A program made the translations under genes and the position numbers. From contig NC_045697.1 of assembly GCF_009834535.1 (NCBI RefSeq), positions 88,662,001-88,726,000 of the forward strand: DNA of 64,000 nucleotides, written 5' to 3'. Below the pieces are notes generated by a model. The model saw only the letters and a program-made list of their open reading frames with translations, was not told the DNA's origin and did no database searches. Positions 27,080-40,810 of the stretch are shown here, in pieces. The DNA is from Camelus ferus. Its lineage: Eukaryota. Positions within the stretch are counted from its first letter, which is position 1; every line of letters begins with the position of its first letter.

Positions 27080-29886
27080 CTGGCAACAATCATCTGACCT
27101 AACGAGGCATTCCCACTCAAGAGGTGGTCAGCCCGAATTATCCTGAAAGATCCCACTTCAAAGTCACTGCTGCAAGAACTGTTCTTGTCCTTAACATGAG
27201 GGACTTTGTTAAAGTGAATCTGAGAAATGGGAAATTTCATTAGTGGAATTTGTAGTTTTAATTAGCTTAATTGCAGTTAAAAATAAGCTCTCGGAAGAGA
27301 ATCTGAAAAAGAATATATATATGAATCACTTTGCTGTATACCTGAATCTAACACAACATTGTAAATCAACTATACTTCAATAATTAAAAAGAAAAAAATG
27401 AGCTCTCAGATTAGAAATAGCCAATAGGTCGACTAGCTAAAACATTTTAGAGAAGACATTTCATTCTTGCATGGACATGGGTAACATTCCAGGAAACTTG
27501 TTGCAAGTATTCTGAGGGATAGTACCTGTAATTCAAATCTAAATGATCTTGTATCCAGAAGACTGCCTGGTATCAACTCTAAGTATCACAGAATTTGTCT
27601 GCAAAATGTTGTATTGCTGTTGGCAAGTAACCCTTCCCTGCAAGCTGGGTTTAGAACACATCAAAAGAGTTGAAACATAATCAACTTACAGAAGAAATGT
27701 ATGAATGGTTTTGTAGCTTGTTATAAGAAGATGAAAAAGTAGAACAATATTGGAATTTGTGACAAATTCTTCTCTGGGATGTGAGTTTGTTATTATGTGG
27801 CACTGAGGACGTAGCTAATCCTCACCCACTTCTAACTACTTTGGACTATCTTTATCTACTAAAATCGTGGTCATTTAACTATTTGCTCGATGATCAAGTC
27901 CCTAAACTTCCTCAACATTGCTCGTATCTTAGAAAGCAGAACTGACTTCTGCAAATACACTTACCTGACCCCCTTTCCAACTGTTTGCTGATTAGCTTTG
28001 GCCAGTAAGAAGCACTGGTGCCTTAAAAAAGAGTGCCAAGAGGGTAAGTCCTATAACAGGGAGGGGAGAATGTGGGTGGGAGCAACCCCAGCATTCTTGA
28101 AAGGCCCTGCATTGGCTGCCCTCTGGAGACCTGGAGTGGTAGTGGGGGGCACCATTGAAATGGACTTTCTGGAATCCTGAGCCCCACAAAAGCCTGTTAA
28201 AGTATCTGATAATAGAAACAGACTAAGTGGGCAACATTAGCATAACGGGCAGAAGAGGCAGATTGGCAATCAGCGTTTTATCTGTGTGGATCTCTGACAG
28301 AGACTGAGTGATCTTGGTATCTCTAGGAAAGAAGTGGACAGGCAGCTCCCAAGTATCTATCTGGATCCCTGTAACTGGAAAAACGCTAGGTTTGAGAAGT
28401 GAAAACATGCCTTTAATGGCTACAGTGGAAAGACATAGTCCACCACGGTTATTTTATACAACATTCTGAGGCAGTTTAAGCCATTCATTTTGATGTAACA
28501 CAGCCCTCATTTTATACAATTAAATAGGGAGCAGCATTCTCCATTTTATGGAAGGACGTTACTGTTATTTGCTCATTTCCCTTCTCTCTTTCCCCACTAG
28601 AATGGAAATTTCATGAGCAGAGAAATTATGCTATCAGATTGACCACTGAAAGCCAAAACCTATAACAGTACATAGGGGACCAAATGAATGACTTAGTTCC
28701 TGCTGCTGTTTGAAACATTGATTATTTTGTGTGATTTTATGATATTTGAACGGGACAGTGGAAGTAGGTGAAGCACCATATTAACTTCCAGCCATCTTAG
28801 CTCAGAAGTCAGCCAAAACAGCTGTCCTTGGGTAAGTAACTGAGAAGATAAATTACATTCCTATTCAGTTACGACAAATCACCTTTTTCTTGAAATACTG
28901 TTAAAGTTTCAGTCAGGCTGGCACAAACCTCTCCTTATCAGGCCAGGAATAATATACAGTTTTGGAAAAGATGTCCAGTCTGTGATTCTGACAACAGGCC
29001 AATTATGTCATTGGTTTAAACATAATTAAAATGCATTTCTTATTTCTGAGAAAAAATAAGTCATCTTATTGGACATGTATGTATATGTATATTTATGAAA
29101 ATATACACTATGTATAATTTAGATATACATTTTTATTATATATGGTGGTTTGATTGAAATGTTATTATATGGTGGAAGGTGACTTAAGAACAGGCCAGTT
29201 CAGACAATCACAGAAGTAAAATGCTTTTTTCTTAGATTTCTTGAAGGTTATGTTAATTTCGTGATGCTAAAATATTCCTTTTCCTTGTTATTCATCAAAC
29301 AGTCAGTAGGAAGGTCTTTCAAAAATCTATATTTTATGAAACCAAAATATTACAGCACAGAGAATATTAGGTTTAAACCCTACTAAAATTACAGCTTTGA
29401 GGGAAGTAAGAGGACACTTCTTTATTATCTATTCCTTCTCATGGGTATTTCACAAAAGATAAAATCTAGAGATGATAATGTACGTAGAATTAATGTTAGG
29501 GGCACCAAAACCGTTTTTAGAAGAGAAAAACGTAAACATTTTAAATTCTTTTGAAAAGATCACCTAAATCCTATCCGAACAAATTAAACAAAAATCAAAT
29601 GTATCTATTGATTACCTGTGTGAACAGAACTGTGGAAGAGTTTTATCTGATCCTGCCCTCATTTTTTCAGTCAGAGACAGCCTTGTCAGATGCTTTTTCC
29701 TGACCTCAGCTTGTTGCCCTCCAAGACTTCTACCTTGCATTTCAGCACTAAATAGTCTGTTAGCATTTCTGTGACTCCTTGAAAAGGACTCTGAGAATAT
29801 TTCCCAGTAATGAATAGTAAGCCAGTTTTGAGAAGCTTGTAATAGATGAGGCAGAACATTAGCCACTTTTATAAACTTCATAAGCC
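27080..29886 (-). pseudogene. LamG domain 7 (fossil exons 29616-29886, 27965-28021, about 27080-27219)
   Basis: ttttcag| ...SQN-GLLFITGK.....DYLVL..QG.....LRSG... cag|GTAAT. Then a 57-nt exon with a ttttttaag acceptor and GTAAGT donor, open in phase 2 (HQCFLLAKANQQTVGKGV). Then tttctcag| FTLTKSLML....DFE-G..R. Confidence 0.7.
27293..27392 (+). mobile_element. Short L1 3' end with target-site duplication
   Basis: tgaatcactttgctgtatacctgaatctaacacaacattgtaaatcaactatacttcaat, flanked by aaaaat(a/g)agctctc on both sides. Confidence 0.85.
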
Positions 29887-30258
29887 CTGAAAAACCTTTG
29901 TAACACAAAACACTGAGTCAGTATGATCACTTCATTTTGTTATTGATACAATCATGTGTATACATGTTATTGTTAACTTTCTTTTTAACTGACATTTCAA
30001 TATATCATATGACGTAGGATAATTCTTGTTTTTGTAAAGATCACAGTTAAGAGTTGCTGAAAATAGTAATTTGCATTGACTGTGTTTAAAGTACTCACAA
30101 GAGGTCTGGTTTATATGCTTGTGTAAATATTTCTATCATTTTTAACATGGATATTTCATAAATTTAATATATGCCTCAAATAGTTTAGGTACAGGTTATT
30201 TGATATTCATCAAACACATATACTTGTGACTCTTGTGAGTATGTTTCATTCTCATGGT

Positions 30259-30743
30259 TGTGAATGAAAAATACTGCAAACCGTATCAGTAAACAAAGAA
30301 TGCTGAAGCCATCAAGTCATCAGCAGCTGCCGCCACCCCCCAGAGAAGACAAGCCTGCAGCCAAGCCTCTGCAGCCACTCACAGTGGTGCACCCTGAGGG
30401 GACTCAGAATAAGAAAGGACAGGATACTAGCCCTAGATAGCTAGGTGCTTGTCGAAGGAGTGAATACAATGAGCCCAGATGGTTGCTCTCTCCCATACAT
30501 AGAAAAGTGCTAAATTCTTTAACTTGAGATGCCTGGTTTTCTTTAGTTAACGAGTAATCTTTTAATGTTCCAACTACCTGGTCTTTGTTGTAAAATTCCT
30601 ATAAATTCTAGCTCCTCCCCTACCTCTTGGAGAATCGCTCAGAGCGATCTGAGGGGCTGTCATCCCAGGCTGAGTCCTCAGAATTGTCCACCGAATAAAA
30701 CATAACTCTGAACTTTTAGGCCGTGCATTTATTTCAGTCGACA
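30259..30743 (+). mobile_element. Solo ERV1-class LTR
   Basis: TG...CA termini, 4-bp TSD tggt (30255-30258 and 30744-30747), TATA-like ctataaat at about 30599 and AATAAA at about 30694. Confidence 0.85.
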
Positions 30744-30914
30744 TGGTTATTAAAGGAAACATTATTCATCATTAATGATGGGTAAGTTCTTCTGCCAGTT
30801 TCTTATTACCAAAATAACACATATTAGTTGTAAAGAATTTGGATAACATTACAGACACTCTCTTACTGAGTTCTGCTTAACTAATTAGCAAGTGTAACTT
30901 TTTATATCCTGAGA

Positions 30915-31831
30915 CCAATTTCTGATGATTAGGAGAGAGAGGGTTCCCTACATCACCAAGCAATTCTCCCACACCAGCTGGGTTTTCTAAAATTCAGTTC
31001 AACTATATTGCTGTCTACCCAGAGACAGCATCAGATCCCACAGGTAAGGTTTCAGTCCTGCAAGAGTGCCCCCAACCACTTCAGATGCCATACACAGGCC
31101 CAGATTGCTCCTTATGTTTCTAACCAACTGGCTACAAATCAGAGGTTCCTATAACCCCCACTTTTGGTTCAATTAATTTGCTAGACCAGCTAGAGAACTC
31201 AGAGAAGCATTTTACTTACTAGATTACTGGTTTATTGTAAAAGGATGTAACTCAGATACAGTAAGATGCAAGGGATGCATAGGAAAAGGGATGTGGGAAA
31301 GGTCTCCGAGCTTCCGTGCCATCTCCAGGAGCACCACTCTTCCTGAATCTCTGCATGTTTGCCAGTCCAGAAGCTCTCCAAACCCAGTCCTTTTGGGTTT
31401 TTACGGAAGACTCACTACACAGGTATGACTGATGAAATCATTGGCCATTGGCATTTGATCCAATCCCCCTACAAATCAGGAGGTGGGACTGAAAATTTCA
31501 AGCTTCCATTCTTGGTTGTTTTCCCTAGCAACCAGCCCCCATCCTCACTGCTGCCTAAAATCATCTCATGAACATAAAGCCAGTTGTGGTGGAAAGGGGC
31601 TTGTTATGAATAACAAGCATCATTTCTTTATGACTGAAGCTTTTCAGAAACTGAGGACAAGAAACCAAACATTGTGACAAAAGATGCTCCCATTGCTCTT
31701 ATGCTCAGGAAGTTCCAAGGGTTTTGGAGCTGTGCTTCAAGAACTGTGGACTAAAACCAAATATATATGAGAAATATGTTTTGGTCTTCTGAATGACCAA
31801 ATATATATTTCTTATATATCACAGTATCACA
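30915..31831 (-). mobile_element. MER21-like LTR
   Basis: Reverse complement begins tgtgatactgtgatatataagaaatatatatttggtc, like the recalled MER21 5' end. Confidence 0.7.
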
Positions 31832-32714
31832 ATAACCAAGTCTTCATTGCCTCTAAAATGCTGAACATATGAGGCTAGTGCTCTGAGCCATTGGAATTGT
31901 TTGCTTACTAGAGTTTGCTGAATATGAGTTCATTCTCAAAACTGTGTGTGCAAGAGTTACTTAATATTGTAATTATGCAATGTAATTCAATAGTATACAA
32001 AGCAGTGGTATTCGGTTGTCAGAAGAAAATTACTTTCATAAAAATTAAATTGAATACTACGAAAATAATGAGTAATAGAAATTTTCTTGAAAATAAATTG
32101 CTGATAAAACAGGTATGGGTGAGGCAACCATAAAATATCAGCAGGAAAATTATAAAAATCTCTAAGGAGTCTCAATTCGGAGTGTTATACAGCTGCCTGT
32201 AAGTTCTTGCTACAAGTAAGAGAAAGCAAAACTTGAAATCATAAACATAAAACAAATTTGGCAATGTCAAATTGGTTGTTGGTGGTTAATTTTGCAATAT
32301 TGTGTTTGATTTTCTTTTTTATTTTTCCTGATAATAGCTGATCTGAATAAAGACAACAGACTTAGTCATAATGACAACAATGGAAAAATTTTAACGTTGA
32401 AACACCAGTCGTACTTAAATTTACCAAAACTGTTTACTAAAGAAGTTACAAAGAATTTTTGAGATGTAAAATATATTACTTTAATGTTGCAATAAGAATC
32501 ATTATTTAGATGATGAAAGCCGATGTTACTGAATGGTTGCAAAATTATCTACCTTATTTTCATCGTGTTCATTTCTCTCTCTACGAGAAATTCTACTTCT
32601 ACTGTGGTGGCTAACCTTCATAACATACATGTTGCTTGTACTAAGTTATAATTTATAAAAGTATAGGACTCCAAATATGGCATTTTACAAAACTACATAA
32701 TCAAAAGCACAGGA

Positions 32715-34729
32715 TCAGGATGCTCCTGCCAAAGTATACAGGTCGGTTCATGTGATGTTATTGAAGCAAATTAGACCTTAAGAAACTCTGTGGCCAGCAG
32801 TGTATGAGTACCGAATTAGATGACATGCCAGAAAATAAAGCTCTAACTGAGCTACCTCTGCACTAAACCATTTATTTAACAAAAATTCATTGAGCGTAGT
32901 ACGTCCTCAGGCTCTGCTTAAAGAATTAAACAAAAGAATTGATAGCATGGCAAATTGATGCCCTTGAGAAGTCATTTGCACTGTATGCCAAGTAAAAAAT
33001 GCCAGTCTGACGCTTGCAGGTATAAATGGGAGTGTTTTAATAACAGTGCCAAAGAGAAAGCAGGAAAAAGCAAGCAACACGACAAAAATGAGTTCAGCTC
33101 TCAAATCTCCCCATTGGTTTGCACACTGAAAAAACCATCCACAATATAAATTACCACTAGTGAATATACCATTCTCAACAACTCCTTTTAGCTGTTTTTT
33201 TCTTTGAAATCTTTGCAATTACTTCACTCTTCAAACCTTGCTCAGAACCCAGCTTTGTTTTATTTTGTTTTTATTGTACAGGAAATAATCGAATAGCTAA
33301 GACATTTTTCCATTACATTCTATTGAAAGCTATGGAATATTTTTGAAAGTATACCATATTCTTTATTCGGTCTGTGTCAAAGCAGGATGCTTTCTTTTTA
33401 AAATGTGTATTCTGTATCTAGTTTCTTTTTACTCTTAAATATTTACTTATTATTCAAAGTACTTAAATCCAGCCAGGCAAATAATTTTCTGTAATTAGTT
33501 TTAATTATTCTATAATTTTCTATCATCATTTGCCAGTAATTCTGGTAAATAAACCAGAGTGAGGGGCAAAAACATGTTCTTCAGTTATTGTATAAAAATC
33601 CAAACTATGTCTATAGCTCAAAATCATGGGAAAAAATTAAGAATATTAGAATGTGATTTAGAGAAAGGTTATCCCATATTTTATGACACTAATCTCCAGA
33701 AAATACAAGTTAGAGTTACTTGTACATTTTAGAAGTGTTATTAAATACTAAACTGTTTCATTATTTTAAAAATGATAATATTAAATGATAATATTAATGA
33801 TAATAATAAAAACCCAATTATTGCAGACATAAAATTTCTGAGACTTAGGGATACATTGACCCAAATTTATTATTTAAATGGAAAAAAATAAAGGACATTA
33901 TGACACTTTGTAAACATGGCTTGTACTGTCAGGTTATTCATAATATAGATTCACTTACCATTTTATTAGGAACATCATTATTAAAAATTACGCTATAATA
34001 TAGGATCGCATAGAACAATTTTTATATTATATATAGAGATTCCAATTACTAAGTCCTAAGTGATGATTCCTTCCCCTTGTGGAAACGGAATGACTAAATC
34101 TATTCTCCTCTTATAGTCTCAGGAATAGCCCCCAAACCCAGATCACATAATCAGGACTGGCATGGAAGATAAAACCTATCAATAATCTGGTATAAAGTAC
34201 ATCTCTCAAAATTAGGGTTACTTAGGGTCTACATTTCTGGCCCTTGTGGATGAATGAAGGTTGCCAAGAATAAAAGATATTCTTTCCCTTTCTTGTATCA
34301 AAGTCATTTCCGTTCTTCCCCTGAAATAAAAGGAAAGCCGAATGGTGTTGGAGTGCGGTCACTTTGACCCTTAGCCCTATTATCCTGGAAATGACCTGGA
34401 AGAGAACTGTAGCCCCAAAGCTCACTGTGCAGAAGTGGCTGGTGTGAATTTAGATGCACTAGTGCATGAGGGAGGAGAGGAATAATATTACATTAACTGA
34501 GTCATCACAGAGAAAACGGTGCAGGCAACAGCTGAGATCTCTCAGTACAGAACCCTCACCTTGCTCTTCTGCTGCGAACTGAATGGGCTGCATGGCCTAG
34601 CTGGGTCTCTGTATGTTCTGTACTCAAAATGCAGTTTGAAAGGATCAGGTGAACATATCGTATTTCTGATGAGATGGCAGAACAGTTTTCTGTACTTAGA
34701 GAACTAGCCCAGTGCTTCCTGTGACAGGC
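32715..34729 (-). pseudogene. EGF, LamG domain 6 and two EGFs (fossil exons 34560-34729, 34222-34424, about 32965-33200, about 32715-32835)
   Basis: ctccag|ACHRKH(W)....C...CSPDP |GTGAGG. Then VSF-GYSSL....LRVKV-RTPTPFG-FLLFQGKNGNDF, a typical LamG start. Then NLYCG.FF...CRVAC..CFLFG-CY.NTPIYTCK(R)QTG. Then ACHLIRYSY-C(W)PQSFL-GLIC....PVYFGRS. Confidence 0.75.
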
Positions 34730-36470
34730 CTGGAGAGCAACGGTAAGCCTCACGGGAAAGGCCACAGCAAAATGCCACCCTCACATTGGAGAAAGGGGGC
34801 TTCCAGGCAGGTGTTTGAAATTCATGAATTCTCCAAACTATGCAGCTTTTCCATTTTCTTACTCATAGTAAAACTGTGAAGCATTGAGAGTGTTTTAATG
34901 TGCCAAGGTCAGTTTTCTCACATCAATCAAATTTAATATGAAGATTTTGAGTAAATGATTTAGACTTCCCTTCCCAGGAGTAATATTTTCTTTTCTTTTC
35001 TTTTACAAACAACTTAATTGTTAATGAAGTATATTGTTTAGGATAATATTTGAGAGTTTCACTCTGTGAAGAAGTATCTCTTCTGTAATAATAATTTAAA
35101 ATTATGATATAGATATCTTATAATAAATCTAAAACTCTATTTTCATTTATAAGCCAGTAGTTCAACTTGCTATTAAGAAATGTTAATATTAAACTTTGAT
35201 TAATTATTAATTACTTCTCAGTCTCAGGAAGTAATCAAATAATTTTAAATAAATTATGTAACTATTTTTATTAGCAAGATCCTTAATCTTATACATAACA
35301 AAACCTGTCACTTGGAATAAAATTATTTATTAGACATAAACAGATAGAGAAAGTAAGTAAGGATCAAAAGATCATGTACCCCAGTTACCATATTAAAGCT
35401 GAATACAAAGTTAGAAAATGGTATTAAATAAAATCTGTCAATATTTTACTGCTCTTTGGCAGATGTTTAAAGAGCCTTTGTTTGATACATGAATCTGTAT
35501 GATATGACATTCTGTGTGTGGGTGTGGCGTGAATGTATGTTGTAGATATGTACATGTGTATTTTGAAAATTCGTTGTGCATTTGGAAGGTTTAAATTTTT
35601 CATTACGCTATGATTTCTTTTCCTTTGGAATTCCTGTCCTCAACGTCTGGTGTTGATAGTTTTTTTATTTTCATATTCTCTCCATTTCCCCAATGGAGAA
35701 TGGGTCCTATATTTTGCTACCATGGAATATATGATAAACCTCATGTTCTGTTTCTTTCTTAGAGCTGAGCCTTCTTTTCTATCCTTTAATGATCACTCTT
35801 CCAAACTGAGTTCACTTCCTTTTCTGAATTTAAGTTCTCAAGTCTTTCCAACTACCTTTGACACCTGCCTAGACTTACTTGTGTGCCAAATTTGCCATCA
35901 CCTGCTACATTTCAGAGGTTCTTAATATAAAAGGCTGAAAAATGTAGAAAATATTGGTATGTGCTTATTTGGATTATGGTACATTCCCAATCTGAGGTTT
36001 AATCCCTTAAAAATATATCATTCTTTTGGAAAGCCAATGATTACAGAAGCTCAAGGATAATAAAATCATTAAAAAAATAATATAAACAGGAATCAAAGAG
36101 ATGAGGCATGGTCTGAGGAGTCAATAGGAAAACCTGCAGAAGAGTCAACCATAAGAACAAGACCAGGAAACACCAAGCAGCAGTAGGGAGCAGGGTAAAT
36201 GGCTGAAGTTAAAGATACAGATTTGGCTATCCTTCATAATAGTGGGTGAAAAATAGTCTATAGTATTTTCTTAAATAAATATTTATTAATTACTTTTACA
36301 ATAGTTTAATTTTGACTTAATTTCTAAGTCTTTTATTTTGTAATTAGTTTATGAATAATAGCAATAGCCTCATTTTTGTCATTGTATTACTTTTTCTGTT
36401 TCTAATACTTTGTCTTATATTTTTTGCAATATGAATCATTTCCTTTGGTTTCAGGCATATGGAGGGATAG

Positions 36471-36471
36471 T

Positions 36472-36505
<34 letters not shown>

Positions 36506-36519
36506 CTGTGTGTGTGTGT
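36471..36519. repeat. (TG)n microsatellite
   Basis: Direct reading; about 24 TG units with two interruptions. Confidence 0.95.
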
Positions 36520-37132
36520 TCCTGCACACATGCGTGGGCATGATTTCTTTTCATTTATAATTTTTTCCCTAGAGGTAGCCATTACGTCACCTGTATACTT
36601 TATTCATTCCAATCAGCCAAAAAAAGAGACACAGGAAGGAGAAAGGCGTGGTCCCTCTCTTTAGAATACTTCCTCAAATTGCACTCACTTCATTCATCTA
36701 GACCCCATTGTCCAAAACATAGTTACTGTCTCTCACCTAGATGCAAAAAGGATGGGGGATGTAGCTTTTTCCTTGGCAGTCAGCTATACTTTTGAAGTGT
36801 AATTACTGAGGTCAAAGAAGGAAGAAATAAGAAAAAACAATGTCACACATGGCTACATGTAATGTTGTAATAATCTGGACGTTAGAGAATGTGCTTTTAA
36901 TTTCATAATTACAGTTTTCATAAACATTCCTAAATTTGTATTCATTTAATCATCACAATACAAAACCCAACAATAATTTTTAATCCTTCTGACAAAAAGA
37001 CATTGTATTTCTGCTTTTGTTCTTTCCATCCCCAACCCTTTCAACTTTTCAATCTGTTTTTAAAATCAACTAAGTTCATAAATCTAATTTTTTTAAATTT
37101 CTTTTTCATGTTATTGTTAGAACAGGATATAC

Positions 37133-38700
37133 CTCATTCAACTGTGGACACCCAATGTCTTAGGTAGACATAAATCTAAGCCAACAGAGGTCATTGGAAA
37201 TAGAACCCTATGGATAGATGGGAATAAACAACCTCAAACAAGTATTTGTGTTTCTCAAACATATGTGTTCAGGTGGCTCTTGAGGTCCCCTTCAATCAAA
37301 TAAAACTAAAAATTAAATAAAACTTTCACTTGCAAACCCACATCTGTGTGGTGTTTTCAGTTTTGGAATCTTCTTTCTACCTGTTTTATACTTTATTTCT
37401 GCTTTTATGGTTTAAAAAATGCAGATTTACCCACATTGACTTTTAATTCTCATCCTTATTAGTTGCAGAAAAAGTTATTTATATATTTCTATATCTTTTC
37501 ATCCTTATTTGAATCCCAATTATCTCATAGAGAATTATATTTTCTGATTTCTCTTATAGTGATTAAAGCATGTCACTGGGCATTCACCAGGAGCTTTTAT
37601 ATCTGAACACTTACATCTTCAAATGTTCGGTAGTATTTGAAATGATCTTTACTCAATTTTTTTCAGTGAAAGTTGTATAAATATTATATGATTTTCTTCA
37701 AGAATTTATTTCACCAAAAGAAAGCTCTGAATCTAACTTGATTTTAGTGTTTTGTAGGAGATCACTTTTTTTAAAGGGTTTAAAGTATTTTTTATTACCC
37801 CTCTTACTCATTTCTGATAACTGATCTGTTTTCTTGCAAGCTCCCACGCCTTTCACAACTCCACACAAGGACTGTCCATCTCCAGCTCAATGATAATGGC
37901 ACTTGCCAGACAGTTTGTACAGTTTATAGTCTTCAGGCCATGGGATTTGGCCCAAATCCCAATCTGATCATAAAACATGTCTTCACTTATATCTTTGATT
38001 ATTAGTTCTGATAACTAACTTACATTTAAGTTTTCTTGGTCTTTTACAATCATATCTTAGATTCCCATGGTTAATTTTCTATGTATACTCACTTCATTTA
38101 AAAAATTTTTTTTTTTTTTGATTCTGGAAATGCTTTGTAAGTCAGCTTTAGTCTTGTTAATTTTAGTTTCTTCAGTGTAAACCTGCTTTTTACTCTTTCC
38201 ACTGAACATTCTATTTGGCAATTCTTTCTCATTGAATGTCATACTTTTCTCATCCAGGCCTGTCCTGGCTTAACAGAACCAAAGCTTTCTTGTATATTAC
38301 TGAGAAGAAGAAACAAATGTGTTCTACATTTTCTTCTGTGTCACTGAACTAAATTCATTTCAGGGAAGGATTTTCCTCTGAGTCATTACCACTTTACTTC
38401 TCTTTCCCTGTATCTCCTAATGCCTTCTTATACACCAGTTGACATTTTCTATTAACTCTTGTTAGAACTTGACTTGGTAATATTTGTTCGTGCCATGAGG
38501 ATGGCTGATACGTCTTATTTTAAAGTCCTTCCCCTGACTCATACTGCAAAAGAAGGAAATGATTCATGCTTGGTGTTGGGGCAAAGTAAGGATGTGGACT
38601 TTTCCACAGTAGTTTCCTGGGTGCTGGCAGAAGCCCCTCGCTGACCTGAAACCTGAGGGCAGAGCGTCAATAAACTAGGTAGCACGCTGCCCCCTCATCA
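37133..38700 (-). pseudogene. EGF plus LamG domain 5 (fossil exons about 38600-38700, about 38430-38543, 37808-38007, 37133-37305)
   Basis: In order: GAACY...CQHPGNYCGK; SGEG....VKF-TR....LVY; LIIKD...LG.G....LSGKCH....DGQSL..VKG with a GTAAGA donor; FYL..GP....F-GCL....P....DIGCPQLNE, bounded by tttttag| and |GTATAT. Confidence 0.7.
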
Positions 38701-40112
38701 CTGCATTTAGCAAATGTTAGTTTTCTTAGTAACTCTGTGTGCCTTTTTAAATTGTTCACTAAGTGCAACGACTTACTCAAAAGTAAGTAAAAAATGAATT
38801 TCCACAGACCTGCAGTCATGGTTCAGAGGATAATGAGAAGTGGGCCAGAGGTTATCAATGCTGCTCTCAGGTACATACTTTACAAGATTTATAGCTGTGA
38901 ATAAAAGACTGAAAGGCAAAAAAGCACAAAGTACTGGAGATTTTTCACTGTGTGCCTTCCTATGTCAGGGTTAGCCAGAGGCAGTTAAGGTCACAAGCCT
39001 GGAGAATTCGTTGTGCAGACTTCCAAGGCCAGAGGCCAATGCACAGACTGTCAGGGGAAGCTGGTAATGACTATTCCTAGTACATTTTGGTCAAGCAAAA
39101 TGTCAGAGAAGTAATAGAGGAATTATTTTTAATTCTGACTTACCTGCATAAATACCTACCCAAATCTCAAATGCATTCACTTCTCATTTCTCACTGTCAA
39201 AATGATAACCTGTCTTTCATTCCCAAACAGGATTATGGCTGTTTTATTTACAAATAAAATGGAATGAAAACCAGGAGCAAGTGTTCCTGCCAGTTCCACT
39301 CATATTCTTCCATCCTTCTTTCCAGAAGTAAAGTAGGCAGAAAATGTGTATCTCCCAGTTAATATTTTGGATCCCTCCCTCCAGGAATTATCTCAAAACA
39401 ACCAAGAGTGTGGACTGCAGAAAAACAAAGATTACATTTGAAATCTATCTGAAAGGAGGGCATGAAAGCTGCCTTTGGGAGAAGATGAATAAACACACAT
39501 TGAAGAGTTTTAAGTCCATGGTACCCACAGGAGATGAAAGGACCTTGTCGCACCTGAAGTAGTTTCAATATCGCACGAGACACTCTTCTGTGAGGCTCGG
39601 TGACCAGTAGAGAGGAGGCTGGCAGTCTAAGAGCTTCATCAGTTATATACTCAGCTCTTCCACACAGAGACAGAAAACATGTGTTCCAGAAATCCAGAGA
39701 ATTCCTCCACGCTACTCATAGAAATGAGATTACACAGGAGACTGACCTACCTAGAAACTCATAGATCCCAGCAAAGAACACGAAGGTCGGATGTGCCCTA
39801 AATAAGCATCAGGTTCAATTCCAAACCAAAGGCAACTCATGAGGCAGAGTCAGAAGGAATATTAAGGATTTGGCGGGACAGCCTAGAAATGGAATGAGGA
39901 AAAGTGTCAAATACAGATCTGATGATGAAGCTGAGAACCAAGGAAAATTAAACCAGAGATAGGGTGGAATTATGGGTGGAAACTTACATAATTCTATTAA
40001 TGTGTTCTTTCACCCAGAGCTAATTTTCATAGTCTTCTCATGCATGGGATGGTTTTGGTTTGATGACATCTTAGCAATTATGCACATTTGACATTTATCA
40101 CTTTGTCTTGAT

Positions 40113-40251
40113 ATTTTTTTGATTTTTTTTTTTTTTTTTTTGGTGAGGGGTAGGTAATTAGGTATTTATTTATTCCTGATGATACTGGGGATTGAACCCA
40201 CAACCTCATGAATACTAAGCACGCTCTCTACCACTGAGCTATACCCTCCCC
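40113..40251 (-). mobile_element. Camelid tRNA-derived SINE (vic-1-like)
   Basis: Same SINE family on the reverse strand with a poly-T tract; gtcttgat repeated on both flanks (40105 and 40254). Confidence 0.85.
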
Positions 40252-40559
40252 TCGTCTTGATTTTTTAATATTTGATGGGATCACGAAGAGGATAGGAAGA
40301 GCTCCAGATTAAAACAGAGTGAAACATTTTAAGAAACATGAAGACAATTCCCCTGAGCATTAAAACTACCTTTCTGACAAGGGATGTGTATGCATGTGTG
40401 CGTGTATATAGAATTCAACTTGCTTAAGAAGATGGGCTAGAGGCACATCTTAGTCATAAGTATTCTGTGGTAGAACTAAAATGTCACAACTTGTACATTG
40501 AGGCTAGGCCTGAAAACAATTCCTGAATAAAATATAATAATGCAATTTCAGTGTGCTTA

Positions 40560-40810
40560 ATAATAATACTTAGCATATTGCATGCATTCTGTATATCAAG
40601 CTTTGCAATAAGGCATTTCATAACATTTTATATCAGGTTTCTAATCTTTTTGAAATAGTTATTATTACTCCTGCTTTATCCATGAGGAAAATGAGGTTCA
40701 TAGAGGAGATATTATTGCTCCAGATAAGGGAGCTTATAGGTAACAGAGCTGGGATTTTACAGAGGTATTTCTAAATCTAAAGTCTGTGATTTCTCTACTA
40801 CACTACAGCA
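40560..40810 (-). mobile_element. MIR SINE abutting the LamG4 fossil exon
   Basis: attattactcctgctttatccatgaggaaaatgaggttcatagagg...cagagctgggattt. Confidence 0.75.
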
